The notes below the pieces were generated by a model. That model saw nothing but the letters and a program-made list of their open reading frames with translations. It ran no database searches and had not been told where the DNA came from. From a virus, in the IMG/VR virus record IMGVR_UViG_3300035190_000190, positions 1 to 64,000 of that record: a stretch of 64,000 bases of DNA. One strand, 5' to 3'. The position numbers were made by a program, and so were the translations under genes. Positions 1 through 9,868 of this stretch are shown one piece after another. How positions within the stretch are numbered: the first letter of the stretch is position 1; every line of letters starts with the position of its first letter.

Positions 1-1
1 T

Positions 2-124
2 GATCCTAACATGCGTATTAAGAAATCTAATCCAGCACGTCGCAAGTCATTTAGAGCACGTCATAACTGTGCTAACCCAGGACCAAGAACATCTGCCAGA
101 TATTGGAGCTGTCGTAAGTGGTAA
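2..124 (+). CDS. 3' end of a small basic conserved phage protein (partial, 5' end outside window)
   Basis: Frame starting at nt 2 reads DPNMRIKKSNPARRKSFRARHNCANPGPRTSARYWSCRKW*. This R/K-rich 'RRKSFRARHxC..YWSC' motif is one I recognise from large-phage hypothetical proteins. It is absent from the ORF track. Confidence 0.75.
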   Translation, partial: DPNMRIKKSNPARRKSFRARHNCANPGPRTSARYWSCRKW

Positions 125-125
125 T

Positions 126-545
126 ATGACCAATTGGGAAACTTACGTTAAAGAATCCTATGAGCTTATTAAAGAAGCAGAAACAGCACTTTCAATTACA
201 TTAGAACATAATGTTGAAGCATACGTTGTACACTTATTTGCGCATTTCCTAGATAAACCACAGGTTAATACAGAACCTGTGGGTATTAAACTAATGGCCA
301 GTGCCAACTTACCAGTAGCTCAACGCAAAGTATTGCTTAAAGATGTAGGTGATGAATGCTTACTAATTAACGCAATGGAATGGAACAAGCGCCGTTGGCC
401 CAGTGACACTTACTATGCTGAAATGGGTCAATCTGCTTATGTTACACGTGCGTTTGTAGTTAGGCCTGTAGAAGATATCTACGATGATTTAGCCTTGGAA
501 TTCACAACAGTTACCAAAGTTCTACGGAAATGTAGAATATCTTAA
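126..545 (+). CDS. hypothetical phage protein
   Basis: ORF 69..545. ATG at 126 directly follows the upstream TAA and is the more likely start. Confidence 0.7.
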   Translation: MTNWETYVKESYELIKEAETALSITLEHNVEAYVVHLFAHFLDKPQVNTEPVGIKLMASANLPVAQRKVLLKDVGDECLLINAMEWNKRRWPSDTYYAEMGQSAYVTRAFVVRPVEDIYDDLALEFTTVTKVLRKCRIS

Positions 546-554
546 CCATACCGC

Positions 555-583
555 TTGACTCTAATAAGTAATTCATATACACT
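555..583 (+). promoter_or_regulatory. sigma70-type promoter
   Basis: TTGACT-N17-TACACT, then an AAGGA SD before ATG 610. Confidence 0.65.
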
Positions 584-609
584 ATATTTTTAACTAAAGG
601 AATGACACA

Positions 610-867
610 ATGGCATTAATGTTTTCAGCTGAACAAAAGGCAAAACTTATTCAAATCGTTAACGAAGGCGTACAAGTACTGCAAGAAGTAGAAGATTTAA
701 GTGCCGGCCTTAGCGATACAATCAAAGCAGTAGCAGAAGAATTAGAAATTAAACCAGGCTTACTTAAGAAAGCAATTAAAATTGCACAAAAATCTAAATT
801 TGGCGAGACAAATCAAGATCACGAAACTGTTACTGATATTTTAGAAACGGTTGGCCGCACACTTTAA
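610..867 (+). CDS. T4 DsbA-like / GapR-like double-stranded DNA-binding protein
   Basis: 85 aa helical protein with an 'IKAVAEELEIKPGLLKKAIKIA' pattern like phage DsbA-type proteins; sits upstream of the polymerase. Confidence 0.6.
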   Translation: MALMFSAEQKAKLIQIVNEGVQVLQEVEDLSAGLSDTIKAVAEELEIKPGLLKKAIKIAQKSKFGETNQDHETVTDILETVGRTL

Positions 868-1493
868 TGTCTAAATTTTCAGCTGTGGTTTATACTGCTG
901 GTCGAACAGGTTCTCATTTGATTATCAACAATCTTTGCAAAAAGGTTAATACTTGCAGAAGAAGTGATCAAGATTTTGGATTCACTGATGGTGTGGTTCA
1001 TACCCATGACCCGTTATATAAACCACCAACTGAAGATTTTATTGCTATAGTAAGTCAAAGAAAAAATCTGTTTGAATCGGTATTGAGTACAGAATTAGCA
1101 AAAGTAACTAATGAATTTACTAGTTACACAAATAAACACATAACTCCATATATTATTGACACTCAAAAATTTAAAGAATGTCTTCGACATCAAAAAATGT
1201 TTTATCAGGTTATTGATAGAACAAAGTTTAAACAGGTAGTTGATGTGTATTACGAAGATTTACTCTCAGATCCATATTGCCTAATGAAAGATTTTGGTAT
1301 TGTGGTTGATGTGTCTAAGGGTAAATCACCTTATAACTATTATAACTTGATTATTAATGTTAACGAGTTAATAGAAGTATATCATCAATCAGAAAGAGAA
1401 ATATTTAGCCAACAAGATCTTGATCATTTTAGGCAGACAATTGAAGCAAACCTTCAAGACATACGAGTAAATTTTAATGGAAACAGACCATGA
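867..1493 (+). CDS. sulfotransferase-like protein (Stf0-like P-loop fold)
   Basis: N-terminal 5'-PSB-like loop 'TAGRTGSHL', a 3'-PB-like 'RKNLFESVLS' and 'YYEDL'. Confidence 0.55.
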   Translation: MSKFSAVVYTAGRTGSHLIINNLCKKVNTCRRSDQDFGFTDGVVHTHDPLYKPPTEDFIAIVSQRKNLFESVLSTELAKVTNEFTSYTNKHITPYIIDTQKFKECLRHQKMFYQVIDRTKFKQVVDVYYEDLLSDPYCLMKDFGIVVDVSKGKSPYNYYNLIINVNELIEVYHQSEREIFSQQDLDHFRQTIEANLQDIRVNFNGNRP

Positions 1494-1777
1494 TAGATTA
1501 CCATAAAACAATTAATTTTATTAAACGTGATTGGCATAGTCATCCTGTAAGACTTTGTTTAGAAACTTTTAATTGGTTTTTGAATATCATCGTTGTTGTT
1601 ACATTTGCTGTAACCGTGCCCGATGTACCATTCTTAGTAGTCTATCCACTTTTCTTTTGCTGTTTAGCGATAAGCATTTACTCAGCATGGAGTCGTGGAA
1701 GTTTTGGTTTACTATTAACAAGTTCAACCATTTTTATCATTGACTTGTTTGGTTATTTTAAGTTATTATTAACATAG
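1490..1777 (+). CDS. small membrane protein
   Basis: 95 aa with about three hydrophobic segments; ATGA overlap with the upstream gene. Confidence 0.7.
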   Translation: MIDYHKTINFIKRDWHSHPVRLCLETFNWFLNIIVVVTFAVTVPDVPFLVVYPLFFCCLAISIYSAWSRGSFGLLLTSSTIFIIDLFGYFKLLLT

Positions 1778-1836
1778 TTTCGCTCACATTACGAGCATGT
1801 AGAAAAGTTAGCCAGCTATAAATGGCAGGAGAGTAA

Positions 1837-4500
1837 ATGAGTTATGTAGACGCACTATTCGATCGTGCTAAAGATCGTATCCATATCGTTGAACGCAACA
1901 ACGGTGTCAGAGAATATAAAGAATATCCAGCAAACTATGTGTTTTATTATGATGACCCTAGAGGCAAACATCGTACTATCTACGATACACCTGTAAGCCG
2001 TTTTAGTACACGCATCGGCAAAGAGTTTCACAAAGAACTACGCATTAATGGCAACAAACGTATTTGGGAAAGCGATATCAATCCTGTATTTCGTTGTTTA
2101 TCAGATAACTATCTCGGCGCCGATTCTCCTAAGCTACAAACTGCGTTCTGGGATATTGAAACAGACTTTGACCCAGCACGTGGGTATGCGCCAACAAGTG
2201 ATCCATTCAATCCAATCACAGCCATATCAGTGTACTTAGATTGGCTAGACAAGTTAGTTACACTAGTTATTCCGCCCAAAAGCTATAGTTGGGAAACTGC
2301 ACAAGAAATATGTGACCAATATGAAAACTGTTTTATGTTCGAACGTGAAGCAGACATGTTGGATACATTCCTTAATCTAATTGATGATGCAGACGTACTA
2401 AGTGGCTGGAACAGTGAAGGCTATGATATTCCATATACTATTGGGCGTGTTACACGTGTGTTAAGCAAAGATGACACTAGACGCTTTTGTCTATGGGGGC
2501 AGTACCCAAAACAGCGTGAATTTGAACGTTTTGGTGCCGCAAACATCACTTTTGACTTGATTGGTAGGGTGCATTTAGACTATATGCAACTATACCGTAA
2601 ATACACCTATGAAGAACGTCATAGTTATAGTTTAGATGCTATTGGTGAATATGAGTTAGATGAGCGTAAGGTTGCCTATGAAGGTACATTGGATCAGTTG
2701 TACAACAAAGACTTTCCTAAGTTCATCGACTATAACCGCCAAGATACTATGTTACTAGGCAAACTAGATAAGAAACTACGCTTCTTAGACCTCGCTAACG
2801 AACTAGCACACGATAACACAGTGCTACTACAAACAACAATGGGTGCTGTAGCAGTTACAGAACAGGCTATTATCAATGAAGCACATCAACAGGGTTTAAT
2901 TGTTCCCAATCGTAAGAATAGAGATGACATGGGTGATACACAAGCGGCTGGTGCTTATGTAGCTACTCCAAAAGCAGGCATGCATGATTGGATTGGGTCA
3001 GTTGATATTAACTCATTATACCCAAGTGCTATTCGTGCGCTTAACATGGGCCCAGAGTCAATTATCGGACAGATACGTCCTATCATGACAGACCATTACA
3101 TCAATGAAAAGATGGCTAATAAGTCAAGTTTTGCCGATGCCTGGGAGGGCTTGTTTGCTACTTTAGAGTATACTGCGGTTATGGAGGGCAAGGAAGGCGT
3201 TGAACTTACCATTGATTGGGAAACGTCTGGTGAAAGTACTGTACACAGTGCGGCAGAAGTATGGAAGTTGATATTCGATAGTAATCAACCATGGATACTT
3301 AGTGCCAACGGTACTATCTTTAGCTTTGAGAAAGAAGCAGTTGTTCCAGGATTACTAAAACGTTGGTATGCTGAACGTAAAGAACTGCAGGCCAAGATGC
3401 GTTCATGCACTGACTCAGAAGAGATTGCGTTCTGGGATAAGAGGCAGTTGGTTAAGAAGATTAACTTGAACAGTTTGTATGGTGCCCTACTTAATCCGGG
3501 CTGTCGTTTCTTTGACAAGCGTATTGGACAGTCAACTACACTTACTGGTCGAACTATCGCTCGACATATGGATGCGTTTATCAATGAATGTATTACAGGT
3601 GTGTATGATCACACTGGTGATGCTATTATCTACGGTGATACCGACTCCTGTTACTTTAGTGCGTGGCCAATGATCAAAGATGAAGTTGCCGCAGGTAATA
3701 TGGAATGGAATCCTAGTATTGCTATTAAGTTATATGATGACATTTCGGATCAGGTCAATGAGAGCTTTCCTGCTATGATGGAACGTAGATTTCATGTACC
3801 ACGCAGTATGGGCAGTGTAATTAAAGGCGGGCGTGAGCTGGTTGCAAGTAAAGGTTTGTTTATTAAAAAGAAACGCTATGCTGTACTGATTACAGACTTA
3901 GATGGTAAACGAATGGATACACATGGCAAGCCCGGTAAAGTTAAAGCTATGGGCTTGGATTTGAAACGTAGTGATACACCCAAAGTTGTACAAGACTTCC
4001 TGAGTGAGATTTTGCTAGCGGCACTTACTGGTGTAGATAAAACTGCTATTATTGACATGGTACGCGAGTTTAAACTAGCATTCCAAGACAGACCTGCTTG
4101 GGAGAAAGGTACACCTAAACGTGTAAACAATCTAACCAAGTTTACCAAAGCAGAAGAACGTGAAGGTCGTGCTAACATGCCCGGACATGTACGTGCAGCC
4201 ATGAACTGGAATAACTTAAAGCGTATGCATGGTGATAACTATTCAATTAGTATTGTCGATGGCATGAAGACTATTGTGTGTAAACTTAAAGATAATCCAA
4301 TCGGGTTTACTAGTGTGGGTTATCCAACAGATGGCACTCATATTCCGCAATGGTTTAAGGACTTACCGTTTGATAATGACCTAATGGAATCGACAATTGT
4401 TGATCAAAAAGTAGAAAACTTACTAGGTGTGCTTAAATGGAATATTACAGAAAGCACAGACATTAAAACTACATTCGATGCATTGTTTAGTTTTGACTAA
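1837..4500 (+). CDS. family B DNA polymerase (T4 gp43-like)
   Basis: Exo motifs DIETD, GWNSEGYD and YNRQD; polymerase motifs DINSLYPS, KINLNSLYG, YGDTDS and KKRY; AGGAG SD. Confidence 0.97.
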   Translation: MSYVDALFDRAKDRIHIVERNNGVREYKEYPANYVFYYDDPRGKHRTIYDTPVSRFSTRIGKEFHKELRINGNKRIWESDINPVFRCLSDNYLGADSPKLQTAFWDIETDFDPARGYAPTSDPFNPITAISVYLDWLDKLVTLVIPPKSYSWETAQEICDQYENCFMFEREADMLDTFLNLIDDADVLSGWNSEGYDIPYTIGRVTRVLSKDDTRRFCLWGQYPKQREFERFGAANITFDLIGRVHLDYMQLYRKYTYEERHSYSLDAIGEYELDERKVAYEGTLDQLYNKDFPKFIDYNRQDTMLLGKLDKKLRFLDLANELAHDNTVLLQTTMGAVAVTEQAIINEAHQQGLIVPNRKNRDDMGDTQAAGAYVATPKAGMHDWIGSVDINSLYPSAIRALNMGPESIIGQIRPIMTDHYINEKMANKSSFADAWEGLFATLEYTAVMEGKEGVELTIDWETSGESTVHSAAEVWKLIFDSNQPWILSANGTIFSFEKEAVVPGLLKRWYAERKELQAKMRSCTDSEEIAFWDKRQLVKKINLNSLYGALLNPGCRFFDKRIGQSTTLTGRTIARHMDAFINECITGVYDHTGDAIIYGDTDSCYFSAWPMIKDEVAAGNMEWNPSIAIKLYDDISDQVNESFPAMMERRFHVPRSMGSVIKGGRELVASKGLFIKKKRYAVLITDLDGKRMDTHGKPGKVKAMGLDLKRSDTPKVVQDFLSEILLAALTGVDKTAIIDMVREFKLAFQDRPAWEKGTPKRVNNLTKFTKAEEREGRANMPGHVRAAMNWNNLKRMHGDNYSISIVDGMKTIVCKLKDNPIGFTSVGYPTDGTHIPQWFKDLPFDNDLMESTIVDQKVENLLGVLKWNITESTDIKTTFDALFSFD

Positions 4501-5639
4501 TGAATGAAGTTCAGAAAAAATTAGATGAATTAATTTCGCTGCGAGACCAGATGGTTCAACTGGTTAATACAGGGAAATTTAATGACGCATTTTCTATAGA
4601 CTCTGATATTGTTTACACAGGCAAACTACACACAGTTGCAAAAAAATATCAGCGAACCTTAAAAGAAAATACTATCGAATTTAATGGCTTACGTAAGCAA
4701 AGTCAATGGTTAGCCAAAGAAAGTCAACGATTGGCTAAAGAAAGTCAACGAGTAGCTAAAGAAAGACAATGGTTAACTTCAACAAGTGTTAAATCGTTTA
4801 AGCACAAAAATGGCGTAAATGTAAATGATAGTATCAATTCGATAAAACTACTAATTTCAAAAATTGAAGAAGATATTGATCTTGTAACTACAGAATTAAC
4901 AGATTTAATCGAAATGAATAAAATTAGTAGTTTGTGTGAGTCTAACGAATTTATACAGTTATTTTTAGAAACATATTTATATCCTGGTGAAATTTTATTC
5001 AACGACACTACATTAAACACGGTATTATTTAAAATTAAAAGTCATTGCGACTGGCATTATCCTGGATTACAAATTAATCCGTTATCAAAAGAATGGGTTG
5101 ATTGTATGGTGGCTGCAGATCCGTTATATCTCATAAAACACGAATCCATTGGTGTTGACGGGCAAATTTATTCGAGAGAAAATTTAATACCGGATATAAA
5201 TATCAATTATTCTGTAGAATATCAACGACGCTTACGTTTGTATACTGTAAGGAATCAAACTTTTTCTGCCTTGCCTCAGAAACAATTCGGAGTTATTGCC
5301 TGCTGTGATTTTCTAAATTTTTTCAATATTAATTCTATCAATAATTATCTATCTGCGTTTCTAAACTTATTGCGGCCTGGCGGAAATTTAGTATGTACTA
5401 TACAGATTAAACATCCATGTATAGTCGGTACATTAGTCGAACAAAAGTATTTTAATTATGCCGCTAATTTAGTAATACAAAAATTATTTAACAATATTGG
5501 ATTTGAGATTACAGCAGTACAAGACTTGATCTCCGATACTATCAATCAGAAATGTATATTGTTAATAGACGCTCGAAAACCAGGAGTACTAGCTACATCA
5601 AAAGCACACCAGGTATTAGGTTCAATAATTAACAAATAA
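4500..5639 (+). CDS. coiled-coil protein with a C-terminal class I SAM-dependent methyltransferase-like domain
   Basis: C-terminal 'QFGVIACCDFLNF...LLRPGGNLV' resembles MTase motifs; N-terminal heptad repeats; AT-rich. Confidence 0.5.
   Translation: MNEVQKKLDELISLRDQMVQLVNTGKFNDAFSIDSDIVYTGKLHTVAKKYQRTLKENTIEFNGLRKQSQWLAKESQRLAKESQRVAKERQWLTSTSVKSFKHKNGVNVNDSINSIKLLISKIEEDIDLVTTELTDLIEMNKISSLCESNEFIQLFLETYLYPGEILFNDTTLNTVLFKIKSHCDWHYPGLQINPLSKEWVDCMVAADPLYLIKHESIGVDGQIYSRENLIPDININYSVEYQRRLRLYTVRNQTFSALPQKQFGVIACCDFLNFFNINSINNYLSAFLNLLRPGGNLVCTIQIKHPCIVGTLVEQKYFNYAANLVIQKLFNNIGFEITAVQDLISDTINQKCILLIDARKPGVLATSKAHQVLGSIINK
4695..4778 (+). repeat. 4 x 21-nt imperfect tandem repeat (heptads KQSQWLA/KESQRLA/KESQRVA/KERQWLT)
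   Basis: aagcaaagtcaatggttagcc / aaagaaagtcaacgattggct / aaagaaagtcaacgagtagct / aaagaaagacaatggttaact. Confidence 0.9.
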
Positions 5640-5653
5640 TTTTACCATACCTC

Positions 5654-5682
5654 TTGCATTTTCTAAATACATCATATACAAT
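5654..5682 (+). promoter_or_regulatory. sigma70-type promoter with nested TAAATA
   Basis: TTGCAT-N17-TACAAT; TAAATA at 5664-5669; AGGAG SD at 5701. Confidence 0.65.
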
Positions 5683-5711
5683 ACATTATAACACTTTATT
5701 AGGAGAACTAC

Positions 5712-6443
5712 ATGCGTGATCATTTATTAGACATCGTTAAAAACACTTACGGCTTAGGTATTATCGATTTAGTTAAGATAACAGGAACAGATACAGAAAC
5801 AACCATCGAAGCAATTGCAGAGGATCGTAGTGTTATTGTACAGGCAAAAGTAAACAATCCAGTGCCAGAGTTTGTTGGTACATTTGGTATGCCAAATTTA
5901 AGCAAACTAAGCACTATTCTTAACATTCCAGAATACAAAGACGATGCTAAGATTTCATTAACTAAACAGGATCGCAATGGCGAATCAGTCCCAGTAGGCC
6001 TACATTTTGAAAACAAAGCAGGCGACTTTAAAAACGACTATCGTTTTATGAGTTCTGAAATCGTTAACGATAAACTTAAAACAGTTAAGTTTAAAGGTGT
6101 TAGATGGAATGTTGAATTCCAACCAACTGTTGCTAACATTTTACGTTTGAAATTCCAAGCAAGTGCCAACAGTGACGAAACTACGTTTACTGCTAAAACA
6201 GAAGGCACTGACTTAAAACTATTCTTTGGTGATCATAGTAGTCACGCTGGTAACTTTGTATTCCAAAGTGATGTTGCAGGCACATTAACCAAAGGTTGGT
6301 CATGGCCAGTTGCGGCAGTTATTAGTATTCTTAATTTGCCCGGCGATAAAACATTCCGTATCAGTGATGAAGGTGCGGCTCAAATCACTGTTGACAGCGG
6401 TATGGCAACATACAACTACATCTTACCAGCACAAAGCAAATAA
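5712..6443 (+). CDS. sliding clamp (T4 gp45-like processivity factor)
   Basis: 243 aa with an alternating beta/alpha pattern, 'FGMPNLSKL' and C-terminal 'YNYILPA' typical of clamp folds; lies next to the polymerase. Confidence 0.65.
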   Translation: MRDHLLDIVKNTYGLGIIDLVKITGTDTETTIEAIAEDRSVIVQAKVNNPVPEFVGTFGMPNLSKLSTILNIPEYKDDAKISLTKQDRNGESVPVGLHFENKAGDFKNDYRFMSSEIVNDKLKTVKFKGVRWNVEFQPTVANILRLKFQASANSDETTFTAKTEGTDLKLFFGDHSSHAGNFVFQSDVAGTLTKGWSWPVAAVISILNLPGDKTFRISDEGAAQITVDSGMATYNYILPAQSK

Positions 6444-6785
6444 ATGATTAAAAATTTAGATATTACTAGCCCGCATTTGACTAGTAGCGCATACAGCACT
6501 CCGTACATTAACAACAACGGGCAGAGTGCTGGTACTGTGCGCTACAACACCATGACACAACAAATGGAGGTGTTTGATGGTATTAGTTGGATTAACATTA
6601 GTCAAAATGCTAGTATTGGTCTAAGCTGGACTGCTGATGAAGCTATACGTTGGGCTCAGGAAAGAATGCACGAAGATCGCGATCTTAAGGCTAAGATGGA
6701 GAAATACCCAACACTTAAATCAGCTTACGAACAGTTTAAGATGATAGAAGCGTTGGTCTACGAGGAAGAAAAAAGTGGCACATGA
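6444..6785 (+). CDS. hypothetical phage protein
   Basis: ORF abutting both neighbours; 'GTVRYN...MEVFDG..W' and 'KYPTLKSAYEQF' motifs are common in large phages. Confidence 0.7.
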   Translation: MIKNLDITSPHLTSSAYSTPYINNNGQSAGTVRYNTMTQQMEVFDGISWINISQNASIGLSWTADEAIRWAQERMHEDRDLKAKMEKYPTLKSAYEQFKMIEALVYEEEKSGT

Positions 6786-8448
6786 AATAGATAATTTAAC
6801 CAGTAAACAAAAAGACTATGCTGTCTTTTTACCTGCACTATCAGGTTTTTATGCTACCTACGTAGGCAAGCAACGTTTCCCCGATCCTGTAAAGGGATTA
6901 TATGTTGATTCTACTCGGATGCCAGCGGACTTTGAAAATGGTATAGAGGGCTTAAACTGGCTTAACCCTGATGCGGCATACTTTCCATATCACTGGAGTC
7001 TATATTCAGCAGGTCACGCAGAATTGGATGTTAATAAGTTTAGCCCAAAAGAAGATATGGTGCGTAATAGAGATCGTAGCCGTAGTTTTATCTTAGGTGA
7101 CTCGGGTGGTTTTCAGATCGGTAAGGGTGTTTGGGAAGGTGATTGGAAGAATCCTAACTGTCCTAAAGCACAGAAGAAACGTGAACTAGTTCTTACTTGG
7201 ATGGATGCATACATGGACTATGGTATGTGTTTAGATATCCCAGCTTGGGTAGCTCGTAGTCCAAATGGTCGCAAAGCAACTGGTATTAATACATACGAAG
7301 AAGCTGTACAAGGCACTTATATTAATAACGATTGGTTTATTAACAATCGTAACGGTAACTGTAAGTTTTTAAACGTATTACAGGGCGAGAATCACGCAGA
7401 TGCAGACGATTGGTATGATCGTATGAAGAAGTATTGTGATCCTAAACAATACCCAGGCCGGCATTTTAATGGTTGGGCTATGGGTGGACAGAACATGTGT
7501 GATGTACATCTAGTATTGCGCAGACTTGTTGCATTACGCTTCGATGGTTTATTAGAAGAAGGGTTGCACGATTGGATGCACTTCTTGGGCACAAGTAAAC
7601 TAGAGTGGGCTTGTTTGTTAACTGATATACAACGTGCTGTCCGTAAGTATCATAATCCTAAATTTACAATTAGTTTTGACTGTGCAAGTCCATTCCTTGC
7701 TAGTGCAAACGGGCAGATTTATACCCAGACCGAAGTTGAAGATGGTAAGAAATGGGTATATCGTATGGTTCCTAGTGTGGACAATAAAAAGTATGCACTG
7801 GATACACGTAGCTTCCGAGATGCTGTGCTACAAGATGGTAAGTTTAAATCTTTTACAGAAAGTCCAGTTAGCGCACGTATTAAAATTAACGATGTTTGTA
7901 TATATCACGATGGTGTACGTAAAACTGTTGCAGAATTAAACGGTGAACCATTTGATGTGACTAATCAAGATCATTATACTACATTACCTGCACTTAATAA
8001 GATTAACAAAGTTGGTAAAACTTCTTGGGATAGCTTTGCTTATGCTATCCAAATGGGGCACAATGTCTGGAGTCATTTGACTAGTGTACAAGAAGCTAAT
8101 CGTCAATATGACCAGGGCATCCGCCCAGCTATGTTATCAGCTATTACTGCTGATAAAAAGTCACACAGAGCATATGATTTAATCTACTTTAGAGACATTG
8201 TTGATGCTATATTTGCAATCGACAACAGAGCAGATGCAGAAGCAATGATAGAACATTACAATCAATATTGGATGACTATTCCAGGTTCGCGTGGTGCAGT
8301 TGGCAAGAAGACCATGAACACCAGTACTACATTTGGTAATTTATTTGAAGAAGTAGAGGCGCCCGAAGTTGAAGAAGAACATCATATAGATGATAGCGGA
8401 CTCGACGAAACAAATCTTAATAACCTAGAAGCTGGGATGGAGGAATAG
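6775..8448 (+). CDS. tRNA-guanine transglycosylase-like protein (candidate DpdA-type DNA deazaguanine transglycosylase)
   Basis: TGT motifs in order: DSGGFQ, LDIP, VLQG, GWAMGG, HFLG, SFDCASP and late HN. No CxCxxC Zn site. Confidence 0.8.
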   Translation: MAHEIDNLTSKQKDYAVFLPALSGFYATYVGKQRFPDPVKGLYVDSTRMPADFENGIEGLNWLNPDAAYFPYHWSLYSAGHAELDVNKFSPKEDMVRNRDRSRSFILGDSGGFQIGKGVWEGDWKNPNCPKAQKKRELVLTWMDAYMDYGMCLDIPAWVARSPNGRKATGINTYEEAVQGTYINNDWFINNRNGNCKFLNVLQGENHADADDWYDRMKKYCDPKQYPGRHFNGWAMGGQNMCDVHLVLRRLVALRFDGLLEEGLHDWMHFLGTSKLEWACLLTDIQRAVRKYHNPKFTISFDCASPFLASANGQIYTQTEVEDGKKWVYRMVPSVDNKKYALDTRSFRDAVLQDGKFKSFTESPVSARIKINDVCIYHDGVRKTVAELNGEPFDVTNQDHYTTLPALNKINKVGKTSWDSFAYAIQMGHNVWSHLTSVQEANRQYDQGIRPAMLSAITADKKSHRAYDLIYFRDIVDAIFAIDNRADAEAMIEHYNQYWMTIPGSRGAVGKKTMNTSTTFGNLFEEVEAPEVEEEHHIDDSGLDETNLNNLEAGMEE

Positions 8449-9678
8449 TTGGCTAATAAAATTTTCCCTATTAATACAGCAACCGCGTGTCAATTAAAAT
8501 GGGTATGGTCAACTATCTTTCTAGCTAGCGGAACAACTGCAAGTTGTCACCGTACTAATCATCATAAATTTGATTATAATACGTTTAATTTCCATAATAC
8601 TCCTTCAAAAATTAAAGATAGAGAAAAAATGCTTGCAGGAGAGTGGCCGAATCGCGGATGTGAATATTGTAAAAATATAGAAGATAGTGGCGGAATAAGT
8701 GATCGTATTACAAATTTAGATCTGTGGGAGTTCGATCCTTCAAAAGAATTACAAGCCAATAATATAACTACTACAGTTACTCCTCAGATATTAGAAATAT
8801 ATTTTAATAATACCTGTAATCTAAAATGTACATATTGCGGTCCATATTTCAGCAGTTTATGGAATGATGAATTAAAAAGATTTGGCGACAAAACATTTGT
8901 AACTGATATAAATTATGAATCAAACAAACAAAAATGTTTTGATTGGTTAAAAATAAACATAAACGAACTTTATCAATTAAACATATTAGGCGGCGAACCA
9001 CTATATCAAGATGAGTTCGATCAATTACTTGATGTACTCGAAGATACACCTGCGCCTGAACTAACATTAACTTTTTTTTCAAACTTAGCAGTTACACCAG
9101 ATAAATTAATTTCAAAAATTGACAGAATAGAACAATTAATTAATAAAGGCCATATTAAAAAATTAATGATCACTGCCAGTTTAGACTGTTGGGGTCCCGA
9201 GGCTGAATTTGCTAGATTTCCACTTAATTTAAAAACATGGGAAAAGAATTTTAATTACATACTAGACAAGGAATGGATTAATGTAGTAATTGGTAGTACA
9301 ATTACTCCACTAACAATTAAAACCTTATATGTATTATTAGAAAAAATTAACAAATGGAATGAAGTACGACCAATATATTGGTATGGTAACAGTGTTAACG
9401 ATCCTGATTTTATGTTTATAGATATGTTTGGAGATGTATTTAGAGATGATTTTAATCGTGCTATTGACTTAATGCCAACAATGTTCCCCGAACATCAATC
9501 GATAAGGAATTACCTAATGGGTATCAGGGATCAAGCAGGTAGTACTGGAATTAACTTGACACGAATTGAAAAATTGTATATAATGTTAGAACAATCAGAC
9601 TATCGACGCAACACTAACTGGAGAAAAGTGTATCCTTGGTTAGTAAAATTATTTCAACAACATATAGGGAAGAATTAA
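8449..9678 (+). CDS. radical SAM protein with N-terminal twitch/SPASM-like Cys cluster
   Basis: CNLKCTYC, GGEPL, N-terminal 'CQLKW...SCH...CEYC'. Confidence 0.9.
   Translation: MANKIFPINTATACQLKWVWSTIFLASGTTASCHRTNHHKFDYNTFNFHNTPSKIKDREKMLAGEWPNRGCEYCKNIEDSGGISDRITNLDLWEFDPSKELQANNITTTVTPQILEIYFNNTCNLKCTYCGPYFSSLWNDELKRFGDKTFVTDINYESNKQKCFDWLKININELYQLNILGGEPLYQDEFDQLLDVLEDTPAPELTLTFFSNLAVTPDKLISKIDRIEQLINKGHIKKLMITASLDCWGPEAEFARFPLNLKTWEKNFNYILDKEWINVVIGSTITPLTIKTLYVLLEKINKWNEVRPIYWYGNSVNDPDFMFIDMFGDVFRDDFNRAIDLMPTMFPEHQSIRNYLMGIRDQAGSTGINLTRIEKLYIMLEQSDYRRNTNWRKVYPWLVKLFQQHIGKN
9556..9584 (+). promoter_or_regulatory. consensus sigma70 promoter inside the 3' end of the radical SAM gene
   Basis: TTGACA-N17-TATAAT exact. 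Confidence 0.75.
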
Positions 9679-9679
9679 C

Positions 9680-9868
9680 ATGGATGCAGATAAATTGCCG
9701 CATCGTATTGCACAGTTAGAAGAAAAACACCGTGTGATTAAACAACAAATTGCTGACGGGTACACTCATTATTTAGATGATGTACATCTAGGCAAAATGA
9801 AGTTAGAAAAATTAATAATCAAACGTCAAATCGTAGAAGCAAAAACAAAACTTAAGGCACAACAATGA
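9680..9868 (+). CDS. DUF465/YdcH-like small coiled-coil protein
   Basis: 'LEEKHRVIKQQI...MKLEKLIIKRQI' pattern. Confidence 0.6.
   Translation: MDADKLPHRIAQLEEKHRVIKQQIADGYTHYLDDVHLGKMKLEKLIIKRQIVEAKTKLKAQQ

Noticed and set aside
2048-4202. Several short alternative-frame or antisense ORFs in polB; possible intron or intein
   Set aside because: The polymerase is one continuous 887-aa ORF with all motifs normally spaced and no intein or intron signature.
6775-8448. Calling the gene canonical tRNA tgt (queuosine pathway as an auxiliary metabolic gene)
   Set aside because: It lacks the Zn motif, queC/queF/queA are absent and it sits among replisome genes. No symbol was assigned because the substrate is not proven.
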